From the NCBI GenBank assembly GCA_002269645.1, contig NIVC01001996.1, positions 32,033-96,032 on the forward strand: a DNA stretch of 64,000 bases, in the 5' to 3' direction. Each line of letters begins with the position of its first letter. The stretch's first letter is position 1. Of this stretch, positions 50,756 to 64,000 are shown one piece after another. This DNA comes from Macrostomum lignano (taxonomy: Eukaryota). The notes under the pieces were generated by a model, which saw nothing but the letters and a program-made list of their open reading frames with translations, did no database searches and was not told the DNA's origin. Position numbers and translations under genes: made by a program.

Positions 50756-53700
50756 TCAGAGACGCCAATACGCAACATTTTCAGCGTGCTCATTAGAGCC
50801 CAGATGATCCTCCAATTCTTTCAGGTCGTGCAGAAACAGGCCGGCATTGCCGCACGAGTCGTAGCACACCGGACAGACAAAAGCCCAGCCATCGTCGCGT
50901 CGCGATTGTACAGCCCGATTCAGGCACTGCAGTTGATCGTTTAGAAACTGTCGCCATCGCAGTACCCAGGCATCCCAACCGGATTTGTTATAATTGGCGT
51001 TGGCGCCGTTATCAGGCAATAACTGGCCACCGGCACTGGTAGCTAACAGTCTACCCTTATTCGCGCCAATATCCTGAATGGCATTGTGCAGCGAATACAT
51101 GGAGCAATTGGCAATCTGGTTTGTAGGCGTGCCCATAGTTACGCCAAGCCGGCGAGGCCAGCCCCAGTAGTCGGCATTCGGACCGGCTGTCTCGAGTGTT
51201 TTTGGCACCAGAGGATAAGCGGTCTTGAAGAATAGCTGACGCAATAGACTGCGCAGCATGTTCTGGCGATTGCGCAGATTAACAAGATCGCATTCCACCA
51301 GTTGCAGACTGCTGCTGCCGCCGCTGGTAAAGTGTTTGTGGGGGGGGGGGTGTAGCTCAAGTAAATGTGAGATTCACAGACGACCCCTTTTGGCCCTTAG
51401 TGACGAATTCTCGAGGGAAACTTCTACCCTAGCAGCTTGAGGTAATTATGGTCATTCCGCTGACTGCAAACACGCACTCATACACACGCTCACACAGGGT
51501 GTACAACAACCATCAAGGCCAATGTTTAGTCAACACAATCCACACAAGACATCTTATGCTGCCTTGCCGCGTATGGAATAGGTATTTAGCAACAAATAAA
51601 TAAATATATTTTTTAAATAAAACACTACTGCATGTAGCTTTTGACCCTTTAGTCACTACATTGTTCATTATTTAAGAAAAATGATGTTCAAAGCAAAAAA
51701 GAATCCACCTTCAGAGCCCAAGATTTCACATCCATCCTCTATGAGCTTTGGCATCAAAGCATCTAAGCGTCCTTTATGAGCCACAGCATTTCAGCGATTC
51801 CCCCCATGAGCCTTGACATCTTAGCAATTCCACCTATGAGCCTTGACATCTTAGCAATTCCACCTATGAGCCTTGACATCTTAGCAATTCCCCCCATGAG
51901 CCTTGACATCTTAGCAATTCCACCTATGAGCCTTGACATCTTAGCAATTCCACCTATGAGCCTTGACATCTTAGCAATTCCACCTATGAGCCTTGACATC
52001 TTAGCAATTCCCCCCACGAGACACGAGTCTTGTGCTTAAATTGCTCCTCACATACCTATAATATTTAATTATGTTTCTGACATCAGTTGTACAAAGTATC
52101 TGCAGAGCAACTGACTTACCGATCGCCAAGCATAAAATTAGCCTGCATTCGAATTTGATTAACTCGAACTAGATCAGAATTGTCCAACAGCACATCCGGC
52201 TGTACTAATAAATCGTGCGCCGGATCAACTGGCTGGCCATCGATAGCGCCCATGCCGCACAGGAAGCCGGTGTAGTGCGTGAGGCCATGCGGATTGCACC
52301 GCGGCTCCATCTGGGGTGCGAACAGCAGGCACAGAAGCGCAGGCAGGCCCGGTATATGGGGAAACAAAGTCGTATGACTCAGCACTAATCGATTCTGATT
52401 CTTCGAATCGAGCATCACGGAGCCGGCAATGAGCAGCCGGTCTGTTGGATTCTGCGGCTCGGGATCGATGGCAACAGAATTGACGGAATCCGCATCCAGA
52501 CCGATCTGTTTCCGCCTGTAACTGTTGCATAGGCCGCGAAATTTCATCTCAAACGGATGGCTAGGGCCGCGCGGCGTGAAATAGCCCCGGCCGAATACTG
52601 GCGCCCCAGCGGTCAGCTCGAAATTTCGAACTAGCACGTCGAGTTCGGACCGATCGAATAGCCGACCGTAACTGCCATTGCCGCCAGAGGTGGAGGCGGC
52701 GGAATTAGTCTTGCCATGGCTGGTTGTGAATGTCCGCCTACGATGGCTATTATCACGACGGGACTCGTAGCATTCCGTGGCGGATTCGGCCAGCGACAGG
52801 TCGAAGCCGTCCTGTATACGGGGCGCACCGATTCGGCGAAGTATTTCGGACAGAGTGGCCGACGCCCAGTCCGGCATGTTGCGACAGGCCGAGCCCTGTA
52901 GAGTTGACGGGTTATAAATATAGGTGATACCACGGGGCCTGTGATACCCTGATATCCTTCAGCGTGCCTGTGATACCCTGATATCTTTCAGTGTGTCTGT
53001 GATACCCTGATATCCTTCAGTGTGACTGATACCCTGATATCCTTCAGTGTGACTGATACCCTGATATCCTTCAGTGTGACTGATACCCTGATATCCTTCA
53101 GTGTGTCTGTGATACCCTGATATCCTTCAGTGTGTGCCTGTGATACCCTGATATCCTTCAGTGTGTGCCTGTGATACCCTGATATCCTTCAGTGTGTGTC
53201 TGTGATACCCTGATATCTTTCAGTGTGTCTGGGATACCCTGATATCTTTCAGTGTGTGCCTGTGATACCCTGATATCCTTCAGTGTGACTGTGATACCCT
53301 GATATCTTTCAGTGTGTCTGTGATACCCTGATATCCTTCAGTGTGACTGATACCCTGATATCCTTCAGTGTGACTGATACCCTGATATCCTTCAGTGTGT
53401 CTGTGATACCCTGATATCCTTCAGTGTGTCTGTGATACCCTGATATCCTTCAGTGTGTGCCTGTGATACCCTGATATCCTTCAGTGTGTCTGTGATACCA
53501 TGATATCATTCAGTGTGTGCCTGTGATACCCTAATATCCTTCAGTGTATGCCTGTGATACCCTGATATCCTTTAGTGTGCCTGTGATACCCCGATATCTT
53601 TCAGAGCGTGATCCCTAATCGTTCAGGAGTGACATTGGGAGTGATACACCAGCGAAAATACACCTGGAGAAAATGCCTACCTGCACTAAAATCATGTTAA

Positions 53701-56700
53701 GAGTTGGAACTTCGTCGTCAATAAGGGCTGTTTTGTCCTTAATCATGCTGACTCGAACGCGCACAACGTCGCAAACAATCGAGAAAATACGGCAGTGAAC
53801 TAGCAGCTTGTCTGTTCTGCTGTGAATGGTAGAAAATAGCCTGCTACTGAGAATCTTTTTAAACAGGCTAGACTCTTTGCAGGTCCATTCGCCGTCAAAG
53901 TGAGTGAATCCGCGAGGCTTAATTTCGGCTAGTTTGATTTCGACAGCCAACGGAGGGTACTCTCGCAGATTTTCGGGCATGCTGCATAATTCATTGACAA
54001 GCACGCTGCCAGTGTTGCCGTAGTCGATAAATCTGACCAGAATTTTGCCAGCCTGCGGCGCGCCGAGCACGCAGCAGCGATAATAGTCTCCTTGGTAGGG
54101 AGCCAAAGCCATGAGTCCGACAAATGGCTCACTACTCAATCGAGTTTTAGTGCAATTCTGCAGCTGATTTAGCATCTCGTGCTCCATGCCAAAGAAATCT
54201 TTCGGAATGCCGTAAAAGTGCCCAACATTTACAACATGTGTTGGTTCGACAAAAAAATTTTGTTCTGAACCAAGACAGGCAAGTGGCGATTTTGGCCCAT
54301 CATTAGCCGCACCGGCAGCGAGTCGGTCGGGTCTCTTGGAGTAGAACTCCTGCAAGACCGACATGAACTTGCTGCGCTGATTGGCATCTCGATAGCGCAA
54401 ACGAAAGACGGCCATTTTTCCGGCCTTCAGCGCCAGCAGTACCGACGGATGAATTCGGCCAACCAAGGAAGGCAGGCCGCAGGCCGTGTCAGGATTAGAC
54501 TTGGCCTCGGTGTCCATGACGTGCTCAACGTCGAAGCTGACAAAACATTTTGAATTCTCACTGGATACGCTAGGCTCGCCGAGCACTTTGTGCATGCAAT
54601 ATTTTTTAACTAAATCGGCTAATTGGCGACGATATAAATCGCCTTCGTTAAGCGGAAATCCGCTAAACATGACCGTATTGCTAGGATCATGGCCGGCAAA
54701 CTCTTTACTGGCGCCAGTCTCTCCGTAGGCGGACGTGTCTCTAATAAAGAAATTTGGATAGAAGGCGCCAGCCAGTACGATCGGCAATAAAATTTTGTCA
54801 ACTTCGTCTTGCGGTTCCTTGGCGTTGGCGCCTTGACGCGAATTGGTTGGACGAATGTTAAATTTTTCTAATCGGCGAAGCAAATCAGTGTGCAAACTTT
54901 CTACTTCTTTTAACGCCCTCGGATCAATAAATTTGGTCCGGCACCAGCGAATCACTTCCATATCGGAATGGAAAACGCCCGATTGGCGATTCTGTAGAAA
55001 ATTCTTAAATGCGCTGCACATTGCGACGCTGTCCGAGCAAGAGCCTTGTGAGTAGATTAGTTTTTCCTCAAATGAGTAGATAGCCTGGTCCGGCTGGAAA
55101 TCGACAATAGGCCTGGAAAATAGGCTTTTACTACTGCTCATGCAAGCGCCAATGATCACTCCGTCTTCTAGGCAGCCAAAAATGAAGCTGAGCACAATCA
55201 GCTTGCCAACAAGAATGTCAACAGGTAGATGAGCAATTACCCGGCCTAGAAAAGTCAATTCGCCGTCAAAATGATCGGCAACATTGCTTGATAGAGCGGA
55301 AACAAGTTTCAATCGAATAACACTTTCGGCAATTCTAACTGGCGACGGTGGATCGATAGCAGCGGTTAAGAAGCTTAACGGCGCCTCGCCCATGAGTTTC
55401 ACTTTGAGAATGCAATTCTCAATTGGGCAACGAAGCATAGCTGACGGTTCAAACTCCTCTAATTCAGCATCAATCTCTGGGGTAATTAGCCGGTAACAAA
55501 CGCCTGACTGTAGGCGACCAGCGCGACCCGAGCGCTGCTTCAAATTGCTTTTTGAAGCCCAACCAACGCGTAGACTGCTCAGCGTTGAGTTGTCATCCTT
55601 GCACAGATACTTAGTCTGGCACAGGTCGATAACGTAAACAATGTCTTCAATGGTAATAGAAGATTCGGCTATATTAGTAGCGAGAATGACTTTGCGCTTA
55701 AATTCGTAGTTGTTGAACGCTCTTCTCTGCTGGTCAGCGCTGACAGTCGAGTGTAGTGGTATTATCTCCCAATCGTGGGGATCGATGCCGACGCATTTGG
55801 ACGGATCCTAGAAATTAAAAATTAAGCACGTCATGTAAGTTTATTAATTTTTTACTTTCTATAGAAATTCGACATAGTGCTTGTTACAAGCGGTTTGTTT
55901 TATAGTCATTGCATTCAATTGAACCTTCCAATTTCGTGATTGTTGGTGTGCTAGCTGCTCTGGGTAAGAGTCTTTAGACGTAGAGCATATTCAGGGTACT
56001 GATGAGGGTTGCTAGCGAGACACCGAGCCATTGTTATGGTCATAGACATTTTAAGTCTTTGTAACTTATTGCTAGATTTACAAATCAGTTTATAAAACGA
56101 AACTCAACAGTTTGCATTTGCATAGTTTTGGCCATAGACAATAGTAAACAACCTTTTACTTGCGCAACACTCGGCCGAGCCGGCCGATTAGCAAAAATAC
56201 CCACCCAAAATGCGGACATCTTAATAATTAGATAACGAGGTATATAGCCTTAATAATACAGTCATAGTTACTCCTGCCGTTTACTTAAAACTGCATTAAT
56301 TTTTGCTCACGTTTTTTAGGTAAGTCACACGGCCGGTGTACTTTCGGAGGTTGCGCATGTATGTTTATTACTACAGTATGATTGTCTAAATTCTCTAGAA
56401 TAAAAAAGTAATCTTTAACCTTCTTGCATTTTAGAACTCTGTGACGCTTTAATATAAAAATTACTAACCTTGAGATAGTCGCTCAACGATATAATATCGT
56501 ACAGTCCGGGTAGAAAAACTAGCACAGCGCCAGATTCGAAGCTGGCTATTAATCTCTTAATAAGTTGCATCTTGTGATCATTCAGCTCAAAATCGTCCGG
56601 ATCAACGTCCTGGGGAGTTAATCTGGGCAATTGAACATCGTTCTGCATCGGCTGAGAGTTGTTGACGCGTTCAATAGCGTCGTGATAGTAATAAGTCTCT

Positions 56701-58250
56701 ACATCATAGGGCGCCTCGGAGACCCTAATGGTGTCCAAGGTGTCATCAGCCTTGTCGCTGCACAGGTAACGACGGATTTTTGCGTCATCCATTGTGGCGC
56801 TCATGACGACAAGCTTAGTTCCTGTTCCCGATGCGCCCATTAGCTGTTTGATAACTAATAGGCACATGTCCATCTCAAGGTCGCGCTCGTGCGCCTCATC
56901 TAGAATAATATGACTCCAATAGTCTAGCCGCTTGGAGTGAATCAGCTTCTCCAGCAGGACACCAGTAGTGACATACAGAATGCAAGTATCCTGGGATTGC
57001 TGATTATCTAAACCGATTTGATAACCGCACCGGGCATTTTTGGCCCAATTTCTTTGCTTACAAATCCAATCCGACACTGAGACAGCGGCAATACGACGCG
57101 GCTGCGTAACAATAATATTAACCGGCTGTTCCTTGTCAACGGCATTGTCTAGAATATACTGCGGCACTTGGGTACTCTTGCCGCAGCCAGTATTGCCTTG
57201 AATAAACACAATATCGCTGCATTGCAATGATCGCAATATGTCCTCTCTGTGCTGTAGAATTGGCAGCCGTTTATAACGGGCCGGATCCCATGGCAGGTCG
57301 CTGCTGCGCGGCACAATTCTAGGCGCGGCAAGGCCTGAAGGCTGGGCCTCAACAATAGTGTGATTGGTTTGATCGCGCAAACTAGTGATATTAGTAAGGG
57401 TTTCCAAGGCGCTAATGCTGGCAGATTCTGGCCGGATTTGTTGCCGCTGAAACCGCTGCTCCCGCTGTTGTTGCTCGTATTCGGCGGCGGTTGGGCCGTC
57501 ACTACTAGCAGTAGCACCGCCATCTCTAGATGTTGCCGCGATGTTACGTGTGAGAACGTAATTATTTATGCCGAGCGATTCAACTTGTCTGACAGCCTGC
57601 AGTTGAGAAGTTCAAATAGGAAACAAATTTAGCTAGAATATTTACATCGACGAAGCCTAAATTTATGCTCGTACTAAATAAGACCACGATAAGTTGAAGG
57701 ATTAGAGACTTCTCAGTGAAGCACCAGAGGGAGCCCAAAGAAGAATTAGAGGGGGCCCAGAGAAGGACCAGAGGAAACCCAGTGAAGATCAGAGAGAATC
57801 CAGTGAAGGATCAAAGAGAATCCAGTGGAGGACCAGAGGAAACCCAGTGAAGGATCAGAGAGAATTTAGTGAAGGATCAGAGAGAATCCAGTGAATGTTC
57901 AGAGAGAATCCAGAAAAGAATCAGAGGGAATCCAGTGAAGGACCAGAGGGAAACAGTGAAGGACCAGAGGGAATCCAGTGAAGGACCAGAGGGAATCCAG
58001 TGAAGGACCAGAGGGAAACAGTGAAGGACCAGAGGGAATCCAGTGAAGGACCAGAAACAGGCACGAGTCAGTTAGGAAGACAAGCCAAAATTAGCTAAAT
58101 TAAACTTACCTGAGCATAAGCGGGCGAGTTGTCTAATCCTTGGCTTCTATCAGTCTGAACAGCAGGTTGGGGCCGAAAATTCTTAGGCTCCGTTGAAATA
58201 CGTGTCAGCCCAGTTGGATTAAAGGTTTCACCATGGACAAAGGTGCGCAT
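50756..58250 (-). CDS. tdrd9: TDRD9/spindle-E DExH RNA helicase (piRNA pathway) with Tudor domain and C-terminal Zn-finger-like motif, ~1579 aa
   Basis: Exons 58250(or further 5')-58110, 57596-56469, 55807-53681, 52895-52120 and 51323-50756; GT..AG with consistent phases. Motif I GNTGCGKSTQVPQYIL, DEAHER, SAT, VFLPG, ATNIAESSITI, QRSGRAGR, HA2-like region, Tudor (LAPYQGDYYRC..VRFIDYGN), TDRD9-type C-terminus (DSVNSVAID.EPQ..RLLIA..TTLFPHIPGLPALLCLLFAP) and CPVC..H..H. The start codon is uncertain. Confidence 0.9.
51775..52020. repeat. 30-bp minisatellite (atgagccttgacatcttagcaattccacct) in the last tdrd9 intron
   Basis: Directly visible. Confidence 0.95.
52935..53610. repeat. ~26-31-bp minisatellite (tgataccctgatatccttcagtgtg) in a tdrd9 intron
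   Basis: Directly visible. Confidence 0.95.
56155..56363. mobile_element. MITE-like element in a tdrd9 intron, related to 60778-61086
   Basis: Ends in gttgcgcatgtatg; shares cggcc..ccggccga, acagtcatagttactcctg and cggaggttgcgcatgtatg with 60778-61086. Confidence 0.6.
57715..58060. repeat. ~22-bp minisatellite (cagtgaaggaccagagggaatc) in the first tdrd9 intron
   Basis: Directly visible. Confidence 0.9.
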
Positions 58251-58797
58251 CAACTGGTTGACAAATGCTGGATCACCAGCAGCAAACTGAGACCTGCACA
58301 CAAGTCAAGTTTTGTGAATATGTTAAAGGGCTTTTTCTAATAAAAATAAAACAATCTTCATTGAGGCGGCCAGAGGCCATCTGACTAGGAGTCAGTGTAT
58401 CTGATCCTTATTATCAAAGTGCTAGGTTTTTCTATCTTTAAAAAAGCACTTGTCAAAGCTATTGCTAGTTTTTCAACCAAAAAGATACCTTAGATGTGGA
58501 TCTCTGAGTTAAAGAAAGCTAGAGTGAATCATAGTGTATTCAGTGAGATTTGTAGTTTTCTTAGCCAGCTATAACATGCAACTAACAGCAACAATATCAA
58601 TACTTCTGTTGTGTCTGAGACCACTAAAGTTATTTATGCCCATATCTTGTGCAACATTCTTAATGTTATAAAACACTCAATCTTATGGCAAATTTTCATT
58701 CTACTTAACTAATTGACAAAACTCGACTCAAAAAACTCAGCTTGAGTTTGTCTAGGCTCTACTGTATAGCTTAGCTTACGGAGCCAATTGCTAGACT

Positions 58798-58960
58798 CAG
58801 GGGTGTAGCCAAGGGGGGGGGGGGTCATGGGGGACATGACCTCCCCTCCCAGCCAGCTGATCCAGGCCAAATTTTCAGGCCCCTCCCCCATTGCAAAGGC
58901 CTAGCACCCCCTGCCCCTGGTTGCTGCTGTGAGCCTGTGACTAACTGTGACCCCCCCCCA
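58798..58960. mobile_element. Possible hAT-like non-autonomous element end
   Basis: caggggtgtagccaaggggggg resembles CAGGGG(C/T)GTAGCC termini seen in invertebrate hAT-type MITEs; no partner TIR identified. Confidence 0.3.
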
Positions 58961-60777
58961 GAATACTTCAAATTGTCAATTTTGAAACATTGCTATTAGA
59001 CTAGTGTTTTCAATTTTAATATTTAATTTTAATTAGATGCAGTTAAAAAATAAAAAGATGTTTATATATCTAAAGAACAAAAACAAAACTTTTGCATTTT
59101 TGTTAAAATTTCAAATTTTTACTTTGTAAAAAACAGGGAAATCAGTTCTGCATTAAATAGTTATCAAATTTTATATTTATATATACATAGAAAAGTATTG
59201 TGATTATTACTAATGTAATTGTTTCTTTTTTGGTGCATGGTAAACACCAAAATATTTTATACTCTGGATCATGTTGGATGCATGCTAGAATATACACCAG
59301 GGAGTTTTTTGTTTGTACACTTATTGAATGTCATCCTCACCAATTAAATGCTATATACACCATTGACAATAATTAAGAGGCCTACAAAAAAAGCAAAAAA
59401 TATATGCAAACATATGTTTAAAAATGCACAAGAAATTTTAGAAAAAATTTATAACTATAGGCATTAGCATAAAACTATTTTTTAATAATTTTTGGTAACA
59501 AAATATTTTTCTCTTTTCTAGTAAAAATAAATAATATAAAGTAAACTTAGTTATTTTCAGAAACTCAAGACTGTCCTACTATACCCCTATAGGAAAAAGT
59601 TGTAAAACTGCGGATGGTGTCCGGCGCAGTTTTGAAATTTTTCTAAAGCACAGCGCACACACAGGCGCAGCGTCTGCGCGCGCTGCCCTTTCTTACTGGC
59701 TACTGCTCTAGCAAATACATATACATGGAAATGGGTATAATACCTCTGTTGAAGGGGCTTATACACTTGTAATTTATTAAGCTTAGAGATGTTCCGAAAA
59801 TTCAATTTCAATTTTCCAAAATTTGAATTTTTTTAGAGCAAATTTCAATTTTGAAAAAAAAATTTAGAAGTGAAAATTTTGGTTGTGTCGAAAAAGTTGC
59901 TAAAAATAAACTACTTTCTACTACATATACATGTATTACTTTTTGCTTAAGCAGTAAATTGAAAGTAAAAAAGTGAGTGTTGATGATACTAAACTTTGTT
60001 TTTCTGAATTATGATTTCCCGAAATCACAATTTTGATTTTGGAAAGTTAGCGAATTTTGATTTCGACGAAACTGCAGATCTTTCGGAACATCTCTAATAA
60101 TCCTAAAGCGTGGTAAAATAGTTTGACTCTTTTCTAAAGCGCATGTCCGCGGGTTTTTAACATTTATTCCAATAGGATACTATACAAGCATACTATACCA
60201 CATTCTATGCCATCAAGCTATTACATAGCATAGTATATGACTATGTTATATATCCAAATGTAGGCCAAACACTTTAGCCAAACTTAATGCATGCCAATAT
60301 ATACATTTTTTGGATAAACCAAATGCATACTAGAATTTTCTAGAATAATACATACTTTCTAAAGTAAAGAAAACTTTAAATGTATATACTAAAAAGCCTG
60401 TAATAATTTTTATATCAATATATACACCAAAATTCTCAAATATACCCTGGAAATTTCTGGCATATATGCCTCTTGCCTGACTATAGATATATAAATATGA
60501 TAAAAAATGATGTGTTAATAAAATTATTAAAAAATTAAATGATAATCTTCTATGTCAACAACTAAAGATTGCAATGCTAGGATCCTAATCTCAAATCATT
60601 TTAATTTAAATAAGTTGCAATCAAATTATAAATTTATTTTTTCATATAGGCCTCCATTATATATAATAAAACTATTGCTTTTTCTTTTGTTTGTATCTTT
60701 TACTTTTATATACATCAATTAAGTTCAATTGTACATTATTTTTGCACTGTGCAAACACTGCAAACTATATACTCTAT

Positions 60778-61086
60778 CATACATGCACAACAGTCAGCCG
60801 AGTCGGCCAAACCGGCCGACTGATTTGGCAGCCAACCAAGGAAGTTGCAAAAATGCCCATCCAAAAAGTAGTACTTACTACTTAGTAGTAGTAGTACTAA
60901 GTAGCTGATGAAGCATTTTGGCCTTATAAGACAGTCATAGTTACTCCTGTCATTTACCCAAAATTGCCTTAATTTTGCTTTAGGGTTTTTTTACATGTAA
61001 GTTGCATTTTTGGCCAAAAACTATGTAGCATTTTTGTTAAAACTAAGTTGCATGGCTGACCAAATTTCGGAGGTTGCGCATGTATG
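60778..61086. mobile_element. MITE-like element with 14-bp TIRs (catacatgcacaac / gttgcgcatgtatg)
   Basis: TIRs at 60778-60791 and 61073-61086, one mismatch. Confidence 0.7.
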
Positions 61087-61349
61087 TACTCTATTCTATA
61101 GCTAAAGACAAGTTAAAGTAAATTACATAAACATAATTAAAAGGAAATTATAATTCTTGCAAAAACAAGGAAACCATAGTCCCAATTATGCTAGGTATAT
61201 GCCTGAACAAATATTGAATAATTACAAATGCATGCCAAAAAAACTTTTTGCATGCCCATTCCTAATACTACATTGGCAACAATAAATGACCTTTTTTGAA
61301 TTGCATTAAAGAACCTGTATGACAGATAATTTGATTGACTTTCATAGTT

Positions 61350-61565
61350 TTTCAATGATACTATTTATGGTAGAAAATTGATACATGCAGATTTGTTTAA
61401 ATGCTTAATTACAAGCTTAAAAAACCAGGAAAGCTTGAAATTTACATTTGGAAAAGGATTTTTATCTTTTATTCTATTTAATACTAACTTTTCTATATGA
61501 TTCTATAAAGTGCACACCAAGTGTTCATACACACTATTTTCTTAGGAGTGATACATGCCAACTAT
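61350..61565 (-). repeat. Dispersed repeat, inverted copy of ~45365-45580
   Basis: ctattttcttaggagtgatacatgccaact is the reverse complement of agttggcatgtatcactcctaagaaaatag; similarity continues through aagcttgtaat/attacaagctt and atactatttatgg/ccataaatagtat. Confidence 0.65.
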
Positions 61566-62276
61566 GCATATCTACTTTTGGCATGCAGGGCTAATGCATG
61601 CCCAATTTTTTGGGCATATACTATATATAAAATCTACAACTAAATAATCAAATGATAGATAAAACAAAGTCAATCTAAAGGAAAAGCTTATATGCATTAT
61701 AGAATAGTATTGTACCAAAAGAATTATCCAAATTATATACTAGTTTTCTACCATAAGGGGAGGTCTATATGCTATAGCTAGCTATAAACAAAACTATAGC
61801 TTATTCTAATTATTTGTATTCTATAGCCATAGGGACCCCAATATTACTATATTCCCTTCATTTGCATAGCCATAGTTTTAACAAGTTTAAAAAAACATTA
61901 AATTAGAAAGATAGCCTAATAACAACTGCAAATGAAAGTAGAAAATAAAATAAACATATGATTGCCTTTTAAGATTATATTTTATCCTTTTTATAAAGTA
62001 ATTTATAGAGTACTCTTTTTTATAGAGTAACAATACTTAATCACTACTGAAAGTACTAATGCTAAACTTTTTAATATTTATAAAAGCTAGAGTTTGCTAA
62101 TGTTTTATTGTACATTATTAGGTATAATCTATATATAAGTTTTCAAGTCTATAATATAGTCTACCAAAGTATCTAGTTGTTTTATTCTACTTGTCTTGAA
62201 TATTTTTATTGTTTTAAATTAATAATCTATAGCTATGGAAATCTATGGAATTTAAAACAACTACCATATTTTTAGT

Positions 62277-62592
62277 CATACATGCCCAACTTCAAAATTT
62301 CACCCATCTGGTGCAACTCAGTTTTGTCCAGATTTGCAACTTATTTCCTCTCAATTGCAACTTAGTTCCCTAATTGACTTAATTTTCACTTTGTATATGA
62401 CTTTTCTTGCTTTTTCTTTTTTTCTCTTTCTTTTTCTTTCTTCTCTTTTCTTTTTCTCTCTTTCTTACTTTTTTCCTTTTCTTTTTTCTCTAATTTTTTT
62501 GTTTTTTGCTTTTTTGATTTTGCAACTTACCTTGGCTGGCGGCTATTTCACCCATCTGTTTCAGATGGGTTGGATGATGTTGGGCATATATG
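62277..62592. mobile_element. Second copy of the 46601-46957 MITE
   Basis: catacatgcccaac ... gttgggcatatatg; collinear interior including the T-rich tract. Confidence 0.75.
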
Positions 62593-64000
62593 TCCATAGT
62601 CATAGCCATAAAAGCAGCTATCTACTGTAACCATATTTGTAGTTGCTAAAGGCACCTATTTTACCATATTTGCTATAAGATCTTATAGCCATAGCTATAG
62701 CTACGGTAGAATACCATACACAAATATTTTCCCTTATAGTCAAAAAGGTAACATTTGAAAAGGCAACAATCATATATTTATTACAATTATAAGTTTATAT
62801 ATATTAGACTTTTAGACTTTAGAACATAAGAATGTGTTCATAATATATTTGATAAAATTTACAAGTAGTTAAAATTAGACCTAGATTTGTGTAGGCATAT
62901 TTGGTAACCTTATTAAAATTTACCAGTAGGCCTGGCAATAATATGAATTTGTGATATATTTTATGATTCTTAGCCAACAATTAAAAAGCTTTATGAATAT
63001 TGATCAACTAATAAAAAGGCAAAACATATTAAAAGATGAATATTGACTCATTGAGTCTAGACTAAAACAATAATAACTTTCTATGTTGATAATGAAAACT
63101 CACTGTCTATATTATTATTTTTTTAAAAAAACTGCCTTGTAAAATATTCTAAGAAATAGGGTTTCCCATCCTTTGATACCTAAGTAGTCTTTGGTATATT
63201 ACTTACATATAAAATGCCAACACAACTCTAAGTCTAAAATCTACATTTTCAACAAAATTCATTCTAACAAATATACATCTTGACATGCAAGTAAAAAAAT
63301 GTAGATTTGTAACTGTTGACTGTCACTCTTTGGACTATTGCCCTTTTGACTAATGTCCTTCTAACTATAATATTGCCTTTTGATTTGTTCTCATTGAGGC
63401 CTAAAGCCTATAATAGTACAGCTAAGCAAGATTTCATTTATATTAATGGGTGCTTTACTGCTTTGCTAAGAATGCTGAATGCTGACACACTTACCAGCCT
63501 TTGTTTAAGAATAATATTGTTGTGATGAGCTGAGTTTAACAAAACAAGAGTGCATTTTTATCATCTTTTGGCCCAAGGCATCTTTGACTATAACTTAGAG
63601 TCTACAACTCTACGCCTAGACTAGTCATAGAGTTGTAAAAAAACCAAAATACTAAACAAGTCTAGCCTCTAGCTAGTTAGGCCTAAATATTAAATAAGTT
63701 ATTAAACAATGAATACGTTAAAAACCATTAGGGCCTAAAACATTCAAAATCATGATAGATAGGGCTTGGATGCCTAGTAGACATTTTTACGAAATAGAAT
63801 AAAGTAGACTAGAGATAACAAATTCAAAACTTACATTTTTACTGTCTAGGTTACTAGGCCTGCCTAGGCTCTAGGCTTATCTTTGACAAGCCAGTCAATC
63901 AGATTAGGCAAGACAAGAGAGCATGCATTCAATGAACTAAAGAAAGACGAATTTTAGAATTAGAAAAGTATATTTGGACTACTAAATTGAAAACAAGAAG

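Overview
Animal (eukaryotic) genomic DNA with GC-rich exons, AT-rich intergenic DNA and introns filled with minisatellites; this architecture and the gene set suggest a free-living flatworm such as Macrostomum (inference). Gene models rebuilt by hand from GT..AG sites with phase checks: (1) a disrupted EGF/TSP1 single-pass membrane protein gene (minus, ~4.2-8.1 kb; pseudogene or assembly errors); (2) a 10-exon, 1242-aa ankyrin-repeat gene (12174-22643), with a minisatellite in each of its nine introns; (3) a 3-coding-exon, 223-aa neuropeptide precursor (29583-30678), whose signal-peptide and C-terminal exons are missing from the ORF track, encoding ten KR-flanked AAL(A/S)DF-type hexapeptides and a C-terminal Cys-Cys peptide; (4) two tandem ABHD17-like depalmitoylase genes with an apparent gene-conversion tract; (5) a 5-exon TDRD9/spindle-E piRNA helicase (minus, 50756-58250). 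The rest is tandem repeats, tRNA-derived SINEs, MITE-like and Helentron-like non-autonomous elements. Most long ORFs in the track are repeat artefacts. The best candidate for new biology is the neuropeptide precursor.
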